DNA of 64,000 nt from Betaproteobacteria bacterium (GCA_016704895.1 JADIZG010000017.1:1061-65060), one strand, 5' to 3'; counted from the stretch's first letter, positions 19,300 to 30,771 are shown. Translations and numbers: made by a program. The notes: a model not told the origin generated them from the letters alone.

Positions 19300-20862
19300 T
19301 CAATTCGGCGAGCACATCACCACGCCTTCGTTCACGTATCCCTCGCCGACCATCTGCGACACGATCGCGGGGCTCGTCGTGTAGCGGTGGTTGCTTCCCC
19401 ACGCGGCTGCGTTGGCCTGGCCGTTCCAGAGCCGGTACACCGGGGCCGTCCCGCCGGCGCACGTTCCCTGCGCCGGCACCGCGACGTGGAACGCGCTCGG
19501 CGACTCGTGCACGTACCCCGCGTACCACGCATGGCTGGGATGCGCCGGATTCGTCGAGGCATCGAGGATGGCCGCGCACTCCGGCGCGGACGCCGAGAAG
19601 AAATGCGAATCGCCGAGCCCCGGCGGAATGTAGAAGCGACAGACGGGTTGCGAACCGGCCGGCTGGCCGACATGGGCTCTCCACGTGAAGCCGGTGGTCG
19701 CCCAGCCCTTGATCACGGCCCCGGATACCAGTGCCGCGATCTCGACCGGATCGATGCTGATGAAGAAATGGTGCAGACCGGCATGATAGAACTCGACGAC
19801 CGGCACCGTCGCGGCCCCCGCGCCCGCGTCGTTCGTTGCGGCGCAGACGGCGTAGCCGTTGAATCCGGTGCCCGTATTGGTGGCGTCCACGTCCCTGATC
19901 GCGGCTGTGGTCCAGGCCGGCCCGATCGGATAGTTGCCGGGGTTGCGCTGGTACAGCGCCAGTGCGGTATCGTCACCGAACAGCGGTTCCAGGCCCACGA
20001 GCCATTGACCGGGCAGGCGCGAACCGCCCGCCAGCGCGCCCGTCCCCGCGGGACAGCTCGCTGATTCGCGGAACACGACATAGTTCGACGAGGTGGCGTC
20101 GAACGACGTGGCGACGCGCGCGTCGGTGCCCTGCGCGCAGATCGAGCCCACCTTGAACACGGGTCCCGGCGGAGGCGGCACGACGAAGATGAGCGGCGCG
20201 CCGTACACGCCCGCGCGCCAGCCGACCGACGGCGGCCAGGTCTGGTCGGAGCCGTCGGATTGCGGATGGCTCGCGCTGATCCGGTACTTCTCCGACGTCA
20301 GCGTGTCCGCGCGCTCCACGTCGATGCCTCCGCCGAGCGCGCGGTAGTTCGCGGGGCACTCAGCCGTTGCGGAGACGTCCGAGAAGTAGCCCGCCTGTCC
20401 GCTCTCGACGACGGTCACCACTGGTCCCGACAGCTGTGCGCAGCTCACGGCGAGCGCGATCGTCGACGGCCCTTCGAGCATGTCGATGCTCGCATACCAG
20501 CCGTCGGGGGCGCCGGCCTGCACGCCGTCGGCCAGCTGGAACAGCGCCAGGTTGCCGAAGGTCGGCGCGAGCGTCGTGACCGTCCACGCGCTCCCCGACG
20601 AGATGCCGCCCGAGAGCGCGACGTAACCGGCCGGGCAACGCGCCGCGATGTCGGCGTAGCCGTTGGTCGTGACGGTGCGTTTCGCGACGACGACCAGCGC
20701 ATCGCCGACCTGCGCCGAGGCGGCCTGCGAGGCGAGGCCGACTGTCGCCAGTGCCAATGCCGCAACCCATCTCCTGCATGCGCTCGTCGTCACCGGGTTG
20801 CTCCGTCGAAGGGACTCGGGCACCGATTCTACGTCGGGAACCGTGGCGAGCCAACAAGACAT
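19300..20862 (-). CDS. secreted hypothetical protein: three CPxG-x-x-A-L-x-GG repeats plus a conserved C-terminal Cys-containing domain
   Basis: Track ORF of 520 aa. The probable true start is GTG 20793 (TTSACRRWVAALALATVGLASQAASAQ signal peptide, GGAG 7 nt upstream). Repeats: CPAGYVALSGG, CPANYRALGGG, CPAGTGALAGG. The C-terminus reads VVEFYHAGLHHFFISIDPVEIAAL...VCRFY...HFFSASAPEC...APVYRLWN...NHRYTT. Confidence 0.6.
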   Translation of the reverse strand: MSCWLATVPDVESVPESLRRSNPVTTSACRRWVAALALATVGLASQAASAQVGDALVVVAKRTVTTNGYADIAARCPAGYVALSGGISSGSAWTVTTLAPTFGNLALFQLADGVQAGAPDGWYASIDMLEGPSTIALAVSCAQLSGPVVTVVESGQAGYFSDVSATAECPANYRALGGGIDVERADTLTSEKYRISASHPQSDGSDQTWPPSVGWRAGVYGAPLIFVVPPPPGPVFKVGSICAQGTDARVATSFDATSSNYVVFRESASCPAGTGALAGGSRLPGQWLVGLEPLFGDDTALALYQRNPGNYPIGPAWTTAAIRDVDATNTGTGFNGYAVCAATNDAGAGAATVPVVEFYHAGLHHFFISIDPVEIAALVSGAVIKGWATTGFTWRAHVGQPAGSQPVCRFYIPPGLGDSHFFSASAPECAAILDASTNPAHPSHAWYAGYVHESPSAFHVAVPAQGTCAGGTAPVYRLWNGQANAAAWGSNHRYTTSPAIVSQMVGEGYVNEGVVMCSPN

Positions 20863-20968
20863 TCGCGCTTCAGCGACGAATGAACATCGGCCGCACGGTC
20901 GAGCGCTCGCAGGATGGCGTCGGCAATGCGCACCGCCGCGGGCCTGCGCGCAGGCGCGCGCGCGCGCT

Positions 20969-21418
20969 CTAGAGCCAGTACTCGGGGTAGCGCCGGAACC
21001 GCGGGATGTTGTTCACGACGAGCGCCACCGCGAGCAGCACGAGCGGCGCCAGCGTGCAGGGCACGAGCACGTACAGGAAGCCCAGCGCGTGGACGTCGGG
21101 CGATCCGATCACCGCGATCAGCGCGGTCGCGCCGCCGGGCGGGTGCAGCGTGCGCGTGGCGTGCATCAGCGCGATCGCCGTGGCGACCGCCACGGATGCG
21201 GCGAGCCACGGCCACGGGTGCAGCAGCTTCCAGCACGCGACGCCGACGATCGCGGACAGCAGGTGTCCCGCGACGAGGTTGCGCGGCTGCGCCAGCGGGC
21301 TGCGCGGCGCGCCGTAGACCAGCACGGCGGACGCGCCGATCGAGCCGACCATCAGCGTGAGGTCGACCGTCAGGAACGCGGAACGCCGCGGGGCGATGCC
21401 GAGGAACGCGCCATCCAC
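20969..21418 (-). CDS. HPP-family membrane protein (N-terminus possibly truncated by indels in upstream homopolymers)
   Basis: Track ORF of 149 aa: GASAVLVYGAPRSPLAQPRN, HPPGGATAL. G8 (21421-21428) and C12 (21481-21492) lie immediately upstream. Confidence 0.7.
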   Translation of the reverse strand: MDGAFLGIAPRRSAFLTVDLTLMVGSIGASAVLVYGAPRSPLAQPRNLVAGHLLSAIVGVACWKLLHPWPWLAASVAVATAIALMHATRTLHPPGGATALIAVIGSPDVHALGFLYVLVPCTLAPLVLLAVALVVNNIPRFRRYPEYWL

Positions 21419-21742
21419 CAGGGGGGGGCCAACCCATCACCGCGCCCGTCACCCAGGAACCCGGCCCTCCCCGAAACCCGCCCCCCCCCCCCATCCTCAC
21501 CGCACGACCCTGCAGGTAGCAGGCTGCATGGCATCGAGGATGTCCGGACGGGCGGTCGGAGCGGGTCTCAGGCGCGCGCGGTCTGCCGGTTTCGCTCACG
21601 ACAATAGCTGCGCGCCGCGCGCGCGCAAGACGCGCCGCCCCCCCCCGGCGCATCGTCCGGATGGCCGAACGCGGCGTGGCGAGGTCCCCGGCACAGTGGC
21701 GAAGCGGATCTTCGCAGGTCTCGCCGGGGAAGGCAGCCCACC

Positions 21743-23300
21743 ATGTCGGTCGCCGTCGTACGCAGCCGCGCGCTCGCGGGTCTCGCGGCGCCGCCGGTCA
21801 GCGTCGAGGTGTACCTCGGCGGCGGGCTGCCGGCGGTCAACATCGTCGGGCTGCCCGATACCGAGGTCCGCGAGGCGCGCGACCGCGTGCGCGCCGCGCT
21901 GCAGAACGCGAACTTCGACTTCCCGGCGCGCAAGGTCACCGTCAACCTCGCGCCTGCCGACCTTGCCGAAGGAGAGCGGCCGCTTCGACCTGCCGATCGC
22001 GCTGGGCATCCTCGCGGCGAGCGGACAGATTCCCTCGGCGGCGCTCGATCGCCACGAGTTCGCGGGCGAGCTCGCGCTGACCGGCGAGCTCCGCGCGGTG
22101 CGCGGTGCGCTCGCGATGGTGCTCTCGGCGCGCCACGACGGGCGCGCGTTCGTGCTGCCGCGCGCGAGCGCGGCCGAGGCGGCGCTCGTTCCCGACGCGT
22201 CGGTGCATCCCGCGCGCACGCTGCTCGAGGTCTGTGCGCACCTGACCGGCGACGCGCCGCTGCCGCGGCTCGCGCCGATGGCGGTCGACGCGGGCCAGGC
22301 GAGCGCGCCGGATCTCGCCGAGGTCCGCGGCCAGCATCAGGCGAAGCGCGCGTTGGAGATCGCCGCGGCCGGCGGCCATTCGCTGCTGCTGTGCGGGCCG
22401 CCGGGCGCGGGCAAGTCGATGCTCGCGCAGCGCCTGCCCTCGCTCCTGCCGCCGCTGGACGAGGACGAGGCGCTGGAGGTCGCGGCGATCGCGTCGCTCG
22501 CGGGCCGCTTCGATCCGGCGCGCTGGCGCGTGCGTCCCTATCGCGCGCCGCATCACACGGCGAGCGCGGTCGCGATCGTCGGCGGCGGGAGCCACCCGCG
22601 CCCCGGCGAGATCTCGCTCGCGCACCGGGGCGTGCTGTTCCTCGACGAGCTGCCCGAGTGGGAGCGCCGCGTGCTCGAGGTGCTGCGCGAGCCGATCGAG
22701 TCGGGCGTCGTGCAGATCTCGCGCGCGGCGCGGCAGAGCGTGTTCCCGGCGCAGTTCCAGCTCGTCGCCGCGATGAATCCCTGTCCCTGCGGATGGCTCG
22801 GCCACGCGAGCGGGCGATGCCGCTGCTCGCCCGATCGCGTGCTGGCCTACCGCAGCCGCATCTCGGGGCCGCTCCTCGACCGCATCGACCTCGCGATCGA
22901 CGTGCCCGCGCTGCCGCCCGACGAGATTGCCATCGGGGGCGATGCGCCGGACGCGGAGCCGTCGTCGCGCGTCCGCGAGCGCGTCGCGGCGGCACGTGCC
23001 CGACAGCTCGCGCGGCAGGGCGTGTGCAACGCCGGACTCACGGTAGCGGACCTTCAGCGCCACGGCGTGCCGGACGAGCAGGCGCGCGCGCTCGCGACAC
23101 GCGCGATGTCGCGCTTCGGGCTCTCGGCGCGCGCCTACCACCGCATCCTGAAGGTCGCGCGGACGATCGCCGATCTCGCATCGGCCGACACGGTCGGGTC
23201 GGCGCACGTCGCCGAGGCGATCGGCTATCGGCGTTTCGACTCGGCGGAGTTCGCGCGGGACGCGTCGCCGGCCATGCCCGCCAGGCACGGCCCGCCGTGA
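21743..23300 (+). CDS. comM: Mg-chelatase-like ATPase ComM/YifB (one frameshift as given)
   Basis: The N-terminus is in track ORF 21743..23425 (MSVAVVRSRALAGLAAPPVSVEVYLGGGLPAVNIVGLPDTEVREARDRV..VNLAPADL). The rest is in 21357..23300 (KESGRFDLPIALGILAA...LLLCGPPGAGKSM...GVLFLDELPE). An apparent extra base lies near 21963. Confidence 0.85.
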
Positions 23301-23312
23301 GGCCTGGCTGCG

Positions 23313-25892
23313 TCAGGCGGGATGATCCGACGAACGAAGCGAGGCCTCCGCGTCGCGCTGCGTCACCGAGTCCAGCGCTGCGGCAACGCGCGATCCGAGC
23401 ACGCCGGCACGCCACGATTCGATGAGGTTGAGGTGATGGCCCGGGATGTCGACGACCGTAACGCCGCGCATCGCGTAGCGCCCCCAGCCGAGTTGCGGGT
23501 CGGCGATGGAAGGAGGGTCGACGGCACGGAAGACGGTGATCGCGCCGTCGAAAGGCGTGAGGTCGTGGTGGCCCAGCGCGCCCTGAAGCCCGGGCACGTA
23601 CCGCAGCATCACGCCGCGCCGCAGCGACGCGCGTCCCGGCACGACCGCACGCGCGACGGTGCGCAGGCGCATCGAGACGCGGACGCGCGCGCGGGCACCC
23701 AGGTGCGCGCGCGGCAGGCGCCAGAACGGAATCGTCAGGTCCAGGTAGCCGCCGTTCGCGTTCTGCGCCGCCGTGTCGATCACGCCGAGGAACGTGACCT
23801 CGGCGCGGCGGCCCGCGAGCGCGCGGGCGATCTCGACCGCGACCATGCCGCCGATCGAGTAGCCGATCAGCAGATAGGGTCCTTCCGGCTGCGCGGCGAG
23901 CATCGCGTCGACACAGTGCTTCGCCGTCTCGACGATCGATACGCGCTGCTCGAGGCGTATCAGCGAAAGGCCCGCGACCGGCCGGCGCGGGTCGAGATGT
24001 CGCAGCAGCGGCGCGTACCAGATCGGGTCGCCGACCATCCCCGGAACGCACCACAGGCGGGGCAAGTCCCCGCCGGCCCGGAGCGTCACTGCCTCGACCG
24101 GAACACCGTCGCTTGCGTCGATCGCCCGCGCGAGCGCTTCGACGGTCGGCGACGCGACGAGCGTCGCCGCGGGCAGCGCCTTGCCCTCCGTCCTGGCGAT
24201 GCGGGCGAGCAGTTCGACGGCGAGGAGCGAATCGCCGCCGAGCGCGAAGAAGTCGTCGTTCGCGCCGGCGTGCGGCGAACGAAGCACGTCCCGGAAGTGC
24301 GCGAGGATCCGGCGTTTCCTGTCGTTCGCCGGCGATGTCTCGCTGTGCGCGCCGGCGTCGGGCGGCACGAGCCGCGCGAGGGCGAAACGGTCGACCTTCC
24401 CGGTCGCGGTCGTCGGAAGCTCGTCGAGGAACACGAACGTCGACGGCAGCATGTAGGGCGGGAGGCGGTCGGCGAGCCTTCGGCGCAACGCGGGTCCATC
24501 GGCATCGGCAGGCGATGCCGCGGTCACGTAGGCGACGATCCGGTCGGCCTCCGCGCGCCGTCCGGGGACCGGCGCGAGCGCGGCGGCCCGCGCGACGCCT
24601 CTCGTGGCCGCCAGCGCGGCCTCGACCTCGGCCAGGTCGACCGAGTGGCCGCGGATCTTGACGCGGCTGCCGGTGCGGCCGAGGAAATGCAGCCGACCCT
24701 CGGCGTCGATGCGGCCCCGGTCGCCGCTCACGTAGCAGCGCCGCCCGGGATGCCGCGGATCGGGGGGAAGGAACTGCGCGTCCAGATCGGGGCGCTTCCA
24801 GTAGCCGGGACTCACGTGCGCGCTGCACACGACGATCGCACCTGCTTCGTCGACGGCGGCGTCGCTGCCGTCGTCGCGCCGGATCCGCACGTCGACGCCC
24901 GGCGTGGGGCGACCGAGCGGCAGGATGGCGTCCCTCGGCGGCGGGTCGCCGTGCGAGACGACGTGCTGGGCGATGCAGTCGGCCTCGGACGCGCCGAGCT
25001 GGTTGACCAGGATCGCGTCGTCACGCGTGTGCGCCGCGAAGAGCGCGGCGTCGCTCGTGTACGTGGCCTCCGCGCCGATGTCGATCACGCGCACGTGCCG
25101 GAGCTTCGCGCCCGGCGGCAGCGTCGCGCACAGTCCGCGGAAGACGGTCGGAAACGCGTGGATCGCGGTGATCCGCTCGCGATCCAGCCATTGCGCGAGT
25201 CCGTCGATGCCGTCGCGGCGCAGGTCGTACGCGCACACGGTGGCGCCGTTCAGCAGTCCTCCGTAGACGTGCATGTTGGCCGCCGCGAAGCTCATCGTCC
25301 AGAGGAGCGACAGCCGGTCGTCCTCGCCGAGCGAGAGTCGGCGCACGAAGGCGTCGGCGAAGAACATGACGCCGCGCTGGGTCTGCGTCACGCCCTTGGG
25401 CGAACCGGTGGACCCCGACGTGTAGAGGACGTACGCGAGCGCGTCCGGCGCGACCTCGGGCAACGCGAACGCCGGATCGGGCCGTTCGTCGCCGTCGATC
25501 TCGACGACCGCGCAGGTCGCGCCCGCGAGCGAACGGGCTCGCGCCGCGAGTGTCCGATCCGTCAGGAGGATGGCCGGGGCGCCATCGCGCAGGACGAAGC
25601 CCAGGCGCTCGTCGGGATCGCCGCCATCGAGCGGCACGTAGGCCCGGCCGCAACGCAGCGACGCGACCATCGCCTGGACGGTCGTCGTCTTGCGCGAGAA
25701 CAGCAACGCCGCGAAGCCGGGACGGCCGGCCGCCGCCGCCTCGCTGCGCGCGGCGATCGCGCGCGACGTCGACTCGAGCGTCGCGTAGTCGATCGCGCGG
25801 CCGTCCTCGACGAGCGCCGTCTTGTGCGGCAACCGCCGCGCGACGTCCTCGAACCGCGCCCCGAAGGCGCGCGCCTGTGATTCCTCCGCCAT
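23313..25892 (-). CDS. stand-alone NRPS-like adenylation-PCP-thioesterase protein (859 aa, frame intact)
   Basis: ATG 25892 within track ORF 23313..26441. A-domain cores: LYTSGSTGSPKGV, YVSGDRG, GRTGSRVKIRG, PTTATGKVDR. PCP: FFALGGDSLLAVEL. TE: GYSIGG. Confidence 0.85.
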   Translation of the reverse strand: MAEESQARAFGARFEDVARRLPHKTALVEDGRAIDYATLESTSRAIAARSEAAAAGRPGFAALLFSRKTTTVQAMVASLRCGRAYVPLDGGDPDERLGFVLRDGAPAILLTDRTLAARARSLAGATCAVVEIDGDERPDPAFALPEVAPDALAYVLYTSGSTGSPKGVTQTQRGVMFFADAFVRRLSLGEDDRLSLLWTMSFAAANMHVYGGLLNGATVCAYDLRRDGIDGLAQWLDRERITAIHAFPTVFRGLCATLPPGAKLRHVRVIDIGAEATYTSDAALFAAHTRDDAILVNQLGASEADCIAQHVVSHGDPPPRDAILPLGRPTPGVDVRIRRDDGSDAAVDEAGAIVVCSAHVSPGYWKRPDLDAQFLPPDPRHPGRRCYVSGDRGRIDAEGRLHFLGRTGSRVKIRGHSVDLAEVEAALAATRGVARAAALAPVPGRRAEADRIVAYVTAASPADADGPALRRRLADRLPPYMLPSTFVFLDELPTTATGKVDRFALARLVPPDAGAHSETSPANDRKRRILAHFRDVLRSPHAGANDDFFALGGDSLLAVELLARIARTEGKALPAATLVASPTVEALARAIDASDGVPVEAVTLRAGGDLPRLWCVPGMVGDPIWYAPLLRHLDPRRPVAGLSLIRLEQRVSIVETAKHCVDAMLAAQPEGPYLLIGYSIGGMVAVEIARALAGRRAEVTFLGVIDTAAQNANGGYLDLTIPFWRLPRAHLGARARVRVSMRLRTVARAVVPGRASLRRGVMLRYVPGLQGALGHHDLTPFDGAITVFRAVDPPSIADPQLGWGRYAMRGVTVVDIPGHHLNLIESWRAGVLGSRVAAALDSVTQRDAEASLRSSDHPA

Positions 25893-26070
25893 GGCCCCCC
25901 CGCCTTGGCCCCTCCCCGCGAGAATCATAGCGCTCGTCGCGTTCCCGTGCCGGGTCGCCGCTCCGGCAGGTGCGCCGGTTCGGGTCGTACGCGCTTCGCA
26001 CGATGGTAGGCTCACCGTCCATGCGCACGCCCCTCGTCCCCGGTGGGTTTCCCGCGCGCGTGCCCGGCCG

Positions 26071-26493
26071 ATGAACGCGGAGGCGGGGTCGCTCGCGGGC
26101 CTGTTCGCGTCGAGCTTCCTGTCGGCGACGCTGCTGCCCGGTAATTCCGAGATCGTGCTCGCGGCGGTCGTGGCCAACCTGCCGCACCTGTTCTGGACGG
26201 CGGTCGCCGTCGCGACGCTCGGCAACACCGTCGGCGGCATGACGTCGTACGCGCTGGGCCGGCTGATTCCCGCGGAAGGCGGACGAAAGCTCGCGCCGCG
26301 GGCGGTCGCGCTCGCGCAGCGGTACGGCATTCCGATGCTGCTGCTGTCCTGGGTGCCGGTCATCGGCGACGCGCTGTGCGTCGCGTCGGGATGGCTGCGC
26401 CAGGACTGGCGACTCGCGACGCTCGCGATCGCGGCGGGCAAGCTCGCGCGCTACGTCGTCGTCGCGGAGGGCGTGCGGCGGGTCGTGGGCTGA
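26071..26493 (+). CDS. YqaA-family (DedA-related) membrane protein
   Basis: ATG 26071 within track ORF 25822..26493. Motifs: LLPGNSEIVLAAVV..GNTVGGMTSYALGR..LLLSWVPVIGDALCVASGWLR. Confidence 0.7.
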   Translation: MNAEAGSLAGLFASSFLSATLLPGNSEIVLAAVVANLPHLFWTAVAVATLGNTVGGMTSYALGRLIPAEGGRKLAPRAVALAQRYGIPMLLLSWVPVIGDALCVASGWLRQDWRLATLAIAAGKLARYVVVAEGVRRVVG

Positions 26494-26816
26494 TGGATCG
26501 CCGGCGCCGGCGCATCGCCCTCGGACGACGTGCAGCGCCGTCGCCGGACGCGCTCGGCCGGAGCGGCCGCGACGCGGTGACGATGGACACGGCCCGAGGC
26601 ATTGTCTATCGTGCCTCGTCCGCCTCGCTGCGCGCCGTGCGCCGCCGACCTGGCGATGCGCGTGACGTCGACGACACCGCGTCCGACTGACACGCTTCCG
26701 GTGGCAGGTGCGGGGCATCGACCTTCCGGCAACGCGGGAGTCCGGCGATCCCGGTCGCGTGACGCGGGGTCGAAGGCTTGCTTCGGCCGTTCGCGCTACA
26801 TGGGATCGTTCGCCGC

Positions 26817-29800
26817 ATGAATCTCCAGGGACAGGGCAGCAACGGCGCCGCGAGAACGGCGCCGCCGTCGTTCGCCCAGCAGCGCCTGTGGCTGCTCGAC
26901 CGGCTGTATTCCGATGAGGCGATCTACAACGAGCCGCAGGCCTTTCGTCTCCGCGGGCCGCTCGACTGCGACGCGCTGAGGCGGGCAGTGAACGAGGTCG
27001 TTCGGCGCCACGAGGCGCTGCGCACGCGCTTCGCCGTCGATGACGCGCGGTTGGTGCAGGTGATCGCGCCGGCGCTCGACGTCCCTCTCGACGTCGAGGA
27101 CCTGCGCGCGCTGGCGGAGACGGAGCGCGACGCGGAGGCCAGGCGGATCGCGCAGGCCGAACGCCGCGCACGCTTCGATCTCGCGCGGGGACCGCTGCTG
27201 CGAGTACGCCTGCTGTGCCTGCGCGAAGGCGAGCACTGGCTGCTGCTGACCATGCACCACATCGCCACCGACGGGTGGTCGGTGGGCGTGCTGTGGCGCG
27301 AGCTCGCGGTGCTCTACGCCGCATTCCATGCCGGGCAGCCGTCGCCGCTGCCCGCGCTGGCCGCGCAGTACGCCGACTACGCGGTGCGCCAGCGCGAGGG
27401 GTTGAAGGGGGAAGCGCTGGAGAGGGCGCTCGCCTACTGGAAGAGGACGCTGGCAGGAATGCACGCGCTGGAGCTCCCGACCGACCGGCCGCGGCCGGCG
27501 ACGGCGAGCCATCGCGGCGACGTCGTGGGGTTCGAGATCGACGCCGATCTCACGCGCAGGTTGAAGGAGCTCGCCCGGCGCGAGCGGGCGACGCTGTTCA
27601 TGACGCTGCTCGCGGCCTTTCAGGTCCTGCTGCATCGCTACTCGGGCCAGGAGGACGTCGCCGTCGGCGTGCCGGTCGCCGGACGCAGCGCGCCCGAGGT
27701 CGAGCCGCTGATCGGGTTCTTCGTCAACATGCTGGTGATGCGCGGCGACCTGAGCGGGCAGCCCGGCTTCGACGCTTTGCTCGGCCGCGTTCGGCAGCAG
27801 GCGCTCGATGCGTACGAGCACCAGGAGCTGCCGTTCGAGCGGATCGTGATGGAGCTCGCGCCCGCCCGGGCGACGACGCGCAATCCGCTGTTCCAGGTGT
27901 CGTTCGCCCTGCACAACGCGGGGCAGGTGACGTTCCGCCTGCCGGGACTCGCCGTCGAGGAGATCGACGACCTCGGCGGCGACGACGTCAAGTTCGACCT
28001 GTCGCTCACGCTGACGGAAGCGTCGGCGTCCTGCGCGGCACCTTCCACTTCGCGACGGCGTTGTTCGATGCGGCCACGATCGGGCGCATGGCGGTCCAGC
28101 TCCGGACGCTGCTCTCGTCGATCGCGGCGGATCCGCGGCAGCGCATCGGGCGCCTGGCGCTGCAGAGTGCAGAGGAGCGCGAGCGGCGCCTGGCCGAGGG
28201 AATGCGCGCCCCGTCGCCCTATCCCGAGTCGACGCGGCTCGAGCGGCTGTTCGAGGCGCAGGCGGCCCTGCGGCCCGATGCGACAGCGGTGATCGGCGCG
28301 AGCGAATCGCTCACCTACCGCGATCTGGACCTGCGGGCCAACCGGCTCGCTCGCGAGCTCGACGCCTCCGGGTCCGGCGCGCCGCGCCGCGTGGGCATCT
28401 GTCTCGAGCGCGGACCGGACCTCGTCGTCGCGCTGCTCGCGACCCTCAAGGCCGGCGCGGCCTACGTGCCGCTCGACCCGGACCTTCCCGCCGAGCGCCT
28501 CTCCGCGATGCTCGCGGATGCGTCGGTCGCGCTGGTGCTCACCGACGAGCGCCTGTCGGCACGCCTGCCGGCCGGCGCCCATCGCGTCGTGTGCATCGAC
28601 CGGGACGCGCTGCGGATCGCGCAGCGTCCCGGCGGCGCCGTCGGCGCGGGCGACGATGCCGACGACCTCGCCTGCGTGATGTACACGTCGGCTCGTCCGG
28701 CCGGCCGAAGGGCGTGCTGATCGCGCACCGCGCGGTGTCCCGTCTCGTGTGCGGCAGCGACTACGTGAGGCTCGGTGCGGACGACGTGGTGGCGCACCTC
28801 TCGAATCCGGCGTTCGACGCGACGACGTTCGAGGTCTGGGGCGCACTGCTCAACGGTGCGGCCCTCGTCCCGATCGACAAGGCCACGGTGCTCGCGCCGC
28901 GAGCGCTCGCGACGGCGTTGCGCGCGAACGGCGTCACGACGCTGTTTCTCACGACCGCGTTGTTCAACGCGGTGGCGCGAGAGGTCCCCGACGCGTTCTC
29001 GGGCTGCCGCCAGGTCCTGTTCGGCGGCGAGGCGGTCGAGCCGCGCTGGGTCCGCGACGTGCTGAACGCGGGACCGCCGGGCCGGCTCCTGCACGTCTAC
29101 GGCCCGACCGAGGCGACGACGTTCGCGACCTGGCATCAAGTGCGCGCCGAGGACGCCGACCGGTCCACGATCCCGATCGGCCGGCCGATCGCCAACACCG
29201 AGGTGCTCATCCTCGACGCCGAGCGCGAGCCGGTTCCCGTCGGCGTTCCGGGCGAGATACACATCGGCGGACCCGGGCTGGCGCGCGGGTATCTCGGTCT
29301 GCCCGAACTCACCGCCGAGCGATTCGTGCCGCATCCGTTCGACGTCGATCCCGCCGCCCGTCTCTACCGGACCGGCGATCGCGCGCGCCACCGGGCCGAC
29401 GGCGCCATCGAGTTCCTCGGTCGCGTCGATCGCCAGGTGAAGATCCGCGGGCATCGCATCGAGCTCGCCGAGATCGAAGCTGCGCTCGCGCGGCTACCCT
29501 ACGTGCGCGAGGCGGTGGTGCTGGTGCGGGGCGCGACCAGCGACACGCGCCGGATCGTGGCGTGGGTCGTCCCGACCGACGCCGACGGGCCGCCCCCCGC
29601 GAACCTGCGCAAGGACCTGCGCCGGAGCCTTCCCGACTACATGCTGCCGGCGGCGACGGTGTGGTTGCCGGCGCTTCCGCTCAACGCGAACGGGAAGGTC
29701 GACCCTCTCGCGTTGCCGGAGCCCGGTGACACCGCCCGGCCTGCCGCGGGCGTCGCGGTCCCGCCGCGCGACATGTTCGAGGGCGTGCTGGTCCGCATCT

Positions 29801-30771
29801 GGGAGGACCTGCTCGGGATCACGGGCATCGGCGTGTTCGACCACTTCTTCGAGATCGGGGGCCATTCGCTGCTCGCCGCGCGCCTCGTCGACACGATCGA
29901 GCGCGAGACCGGGCTCGCGGTGCCGCTCACCGCGCTTTTCGCCGACGACACGATCGACGGACTGGCGAGGGCGCTGCGCGACGGGGCGCCCGACGCGAAC
30001 GCACCGATCGTCGCGATCAACGCGCAAGGCACGCGGCCGCCGTTCGTGTTCCTGCACGGGGACTTCCAGGCGGGCGGCTTCTACAGCCGCGCGCTGGCCC
30101 GCGCGCTCGGACCCGATCAGCCGACGCTGATCGTGCATCCGCACGGCCTCGTCGGCGACGCGATCCCCGAATCGATCGAGGCGATGGCCGCCGACCGCCT
30201 GCGTGCGCTGCAGGCCATCCGCCCGGTCGGGCCGTACGTGATCGGCGGGCACTGCAACGGCGCGCTGGTGGCGTTCGAGATGGCGCGCCAGCTCATCTCG
30301 CGCGGCGAGTCGGTCCCCGCGGTCGTGCTGATCGAGGCGCGCGCCGGCGCCCGGCGCCCGCTCGCGCGACGCCGGCGGTGCGTACGTCAAGTTCGACGCC
30401 GCGGGCCGCCCCGAGGCGCTCGTGCCACGCGACCGGGTCTCGGAAGCGGAGCTCCGCTATGCGCGCGCGATCGACCGTTACGAGGGCGGGCACTTCGACG
30501 GCCACCTGGTGATCGTCCAGGCGCAGGAATTGCACGATCCCGCTCCGGACGCCGGCTGGTCGCGCTTCGCGCGGTCCTGGGAAGGCCACATCGTGCCCGG
30601 CGGGCACGTGACGCTCATCACGCGACACCTCGCCGATCTGACGCGCACGGTCCGCGACGCCGTCACGCGCGCGCGGGTCTCCGTCCGACGGATCCGGCGC
30701 AGAGGCGGGGAAACGCCGACGAGCCAGCCGCGAACGCGCAGGCAGCGCAACGGGCAGGCCGCGGCGGCTGA
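26817..30771 (+). CDS. NRPS module C-A-PCP-TE(Cys) (3 frameshifts as given; true 3' end unresolved)
   Basis: ATG 26817. C domain MHHIATDGWS (track 26778..28292). A domain: LTYRDLDLRANRLA, VMYTS-(G)SSGRPKG, FDATTFE, YGPTEAT, GEIHIGGPGLARGY, YRTGDRA, GRVDRQVKIRG, NGKVD (tracks 27215..28720 and 28591..30771). PCP: FFEIGGHSLLA. TE-like: GGHCNG ... PGGHVTLI (continues in track 30422..31912). Frame switches lie near 28015, 28690 and 30350. Confidence 0.75.
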
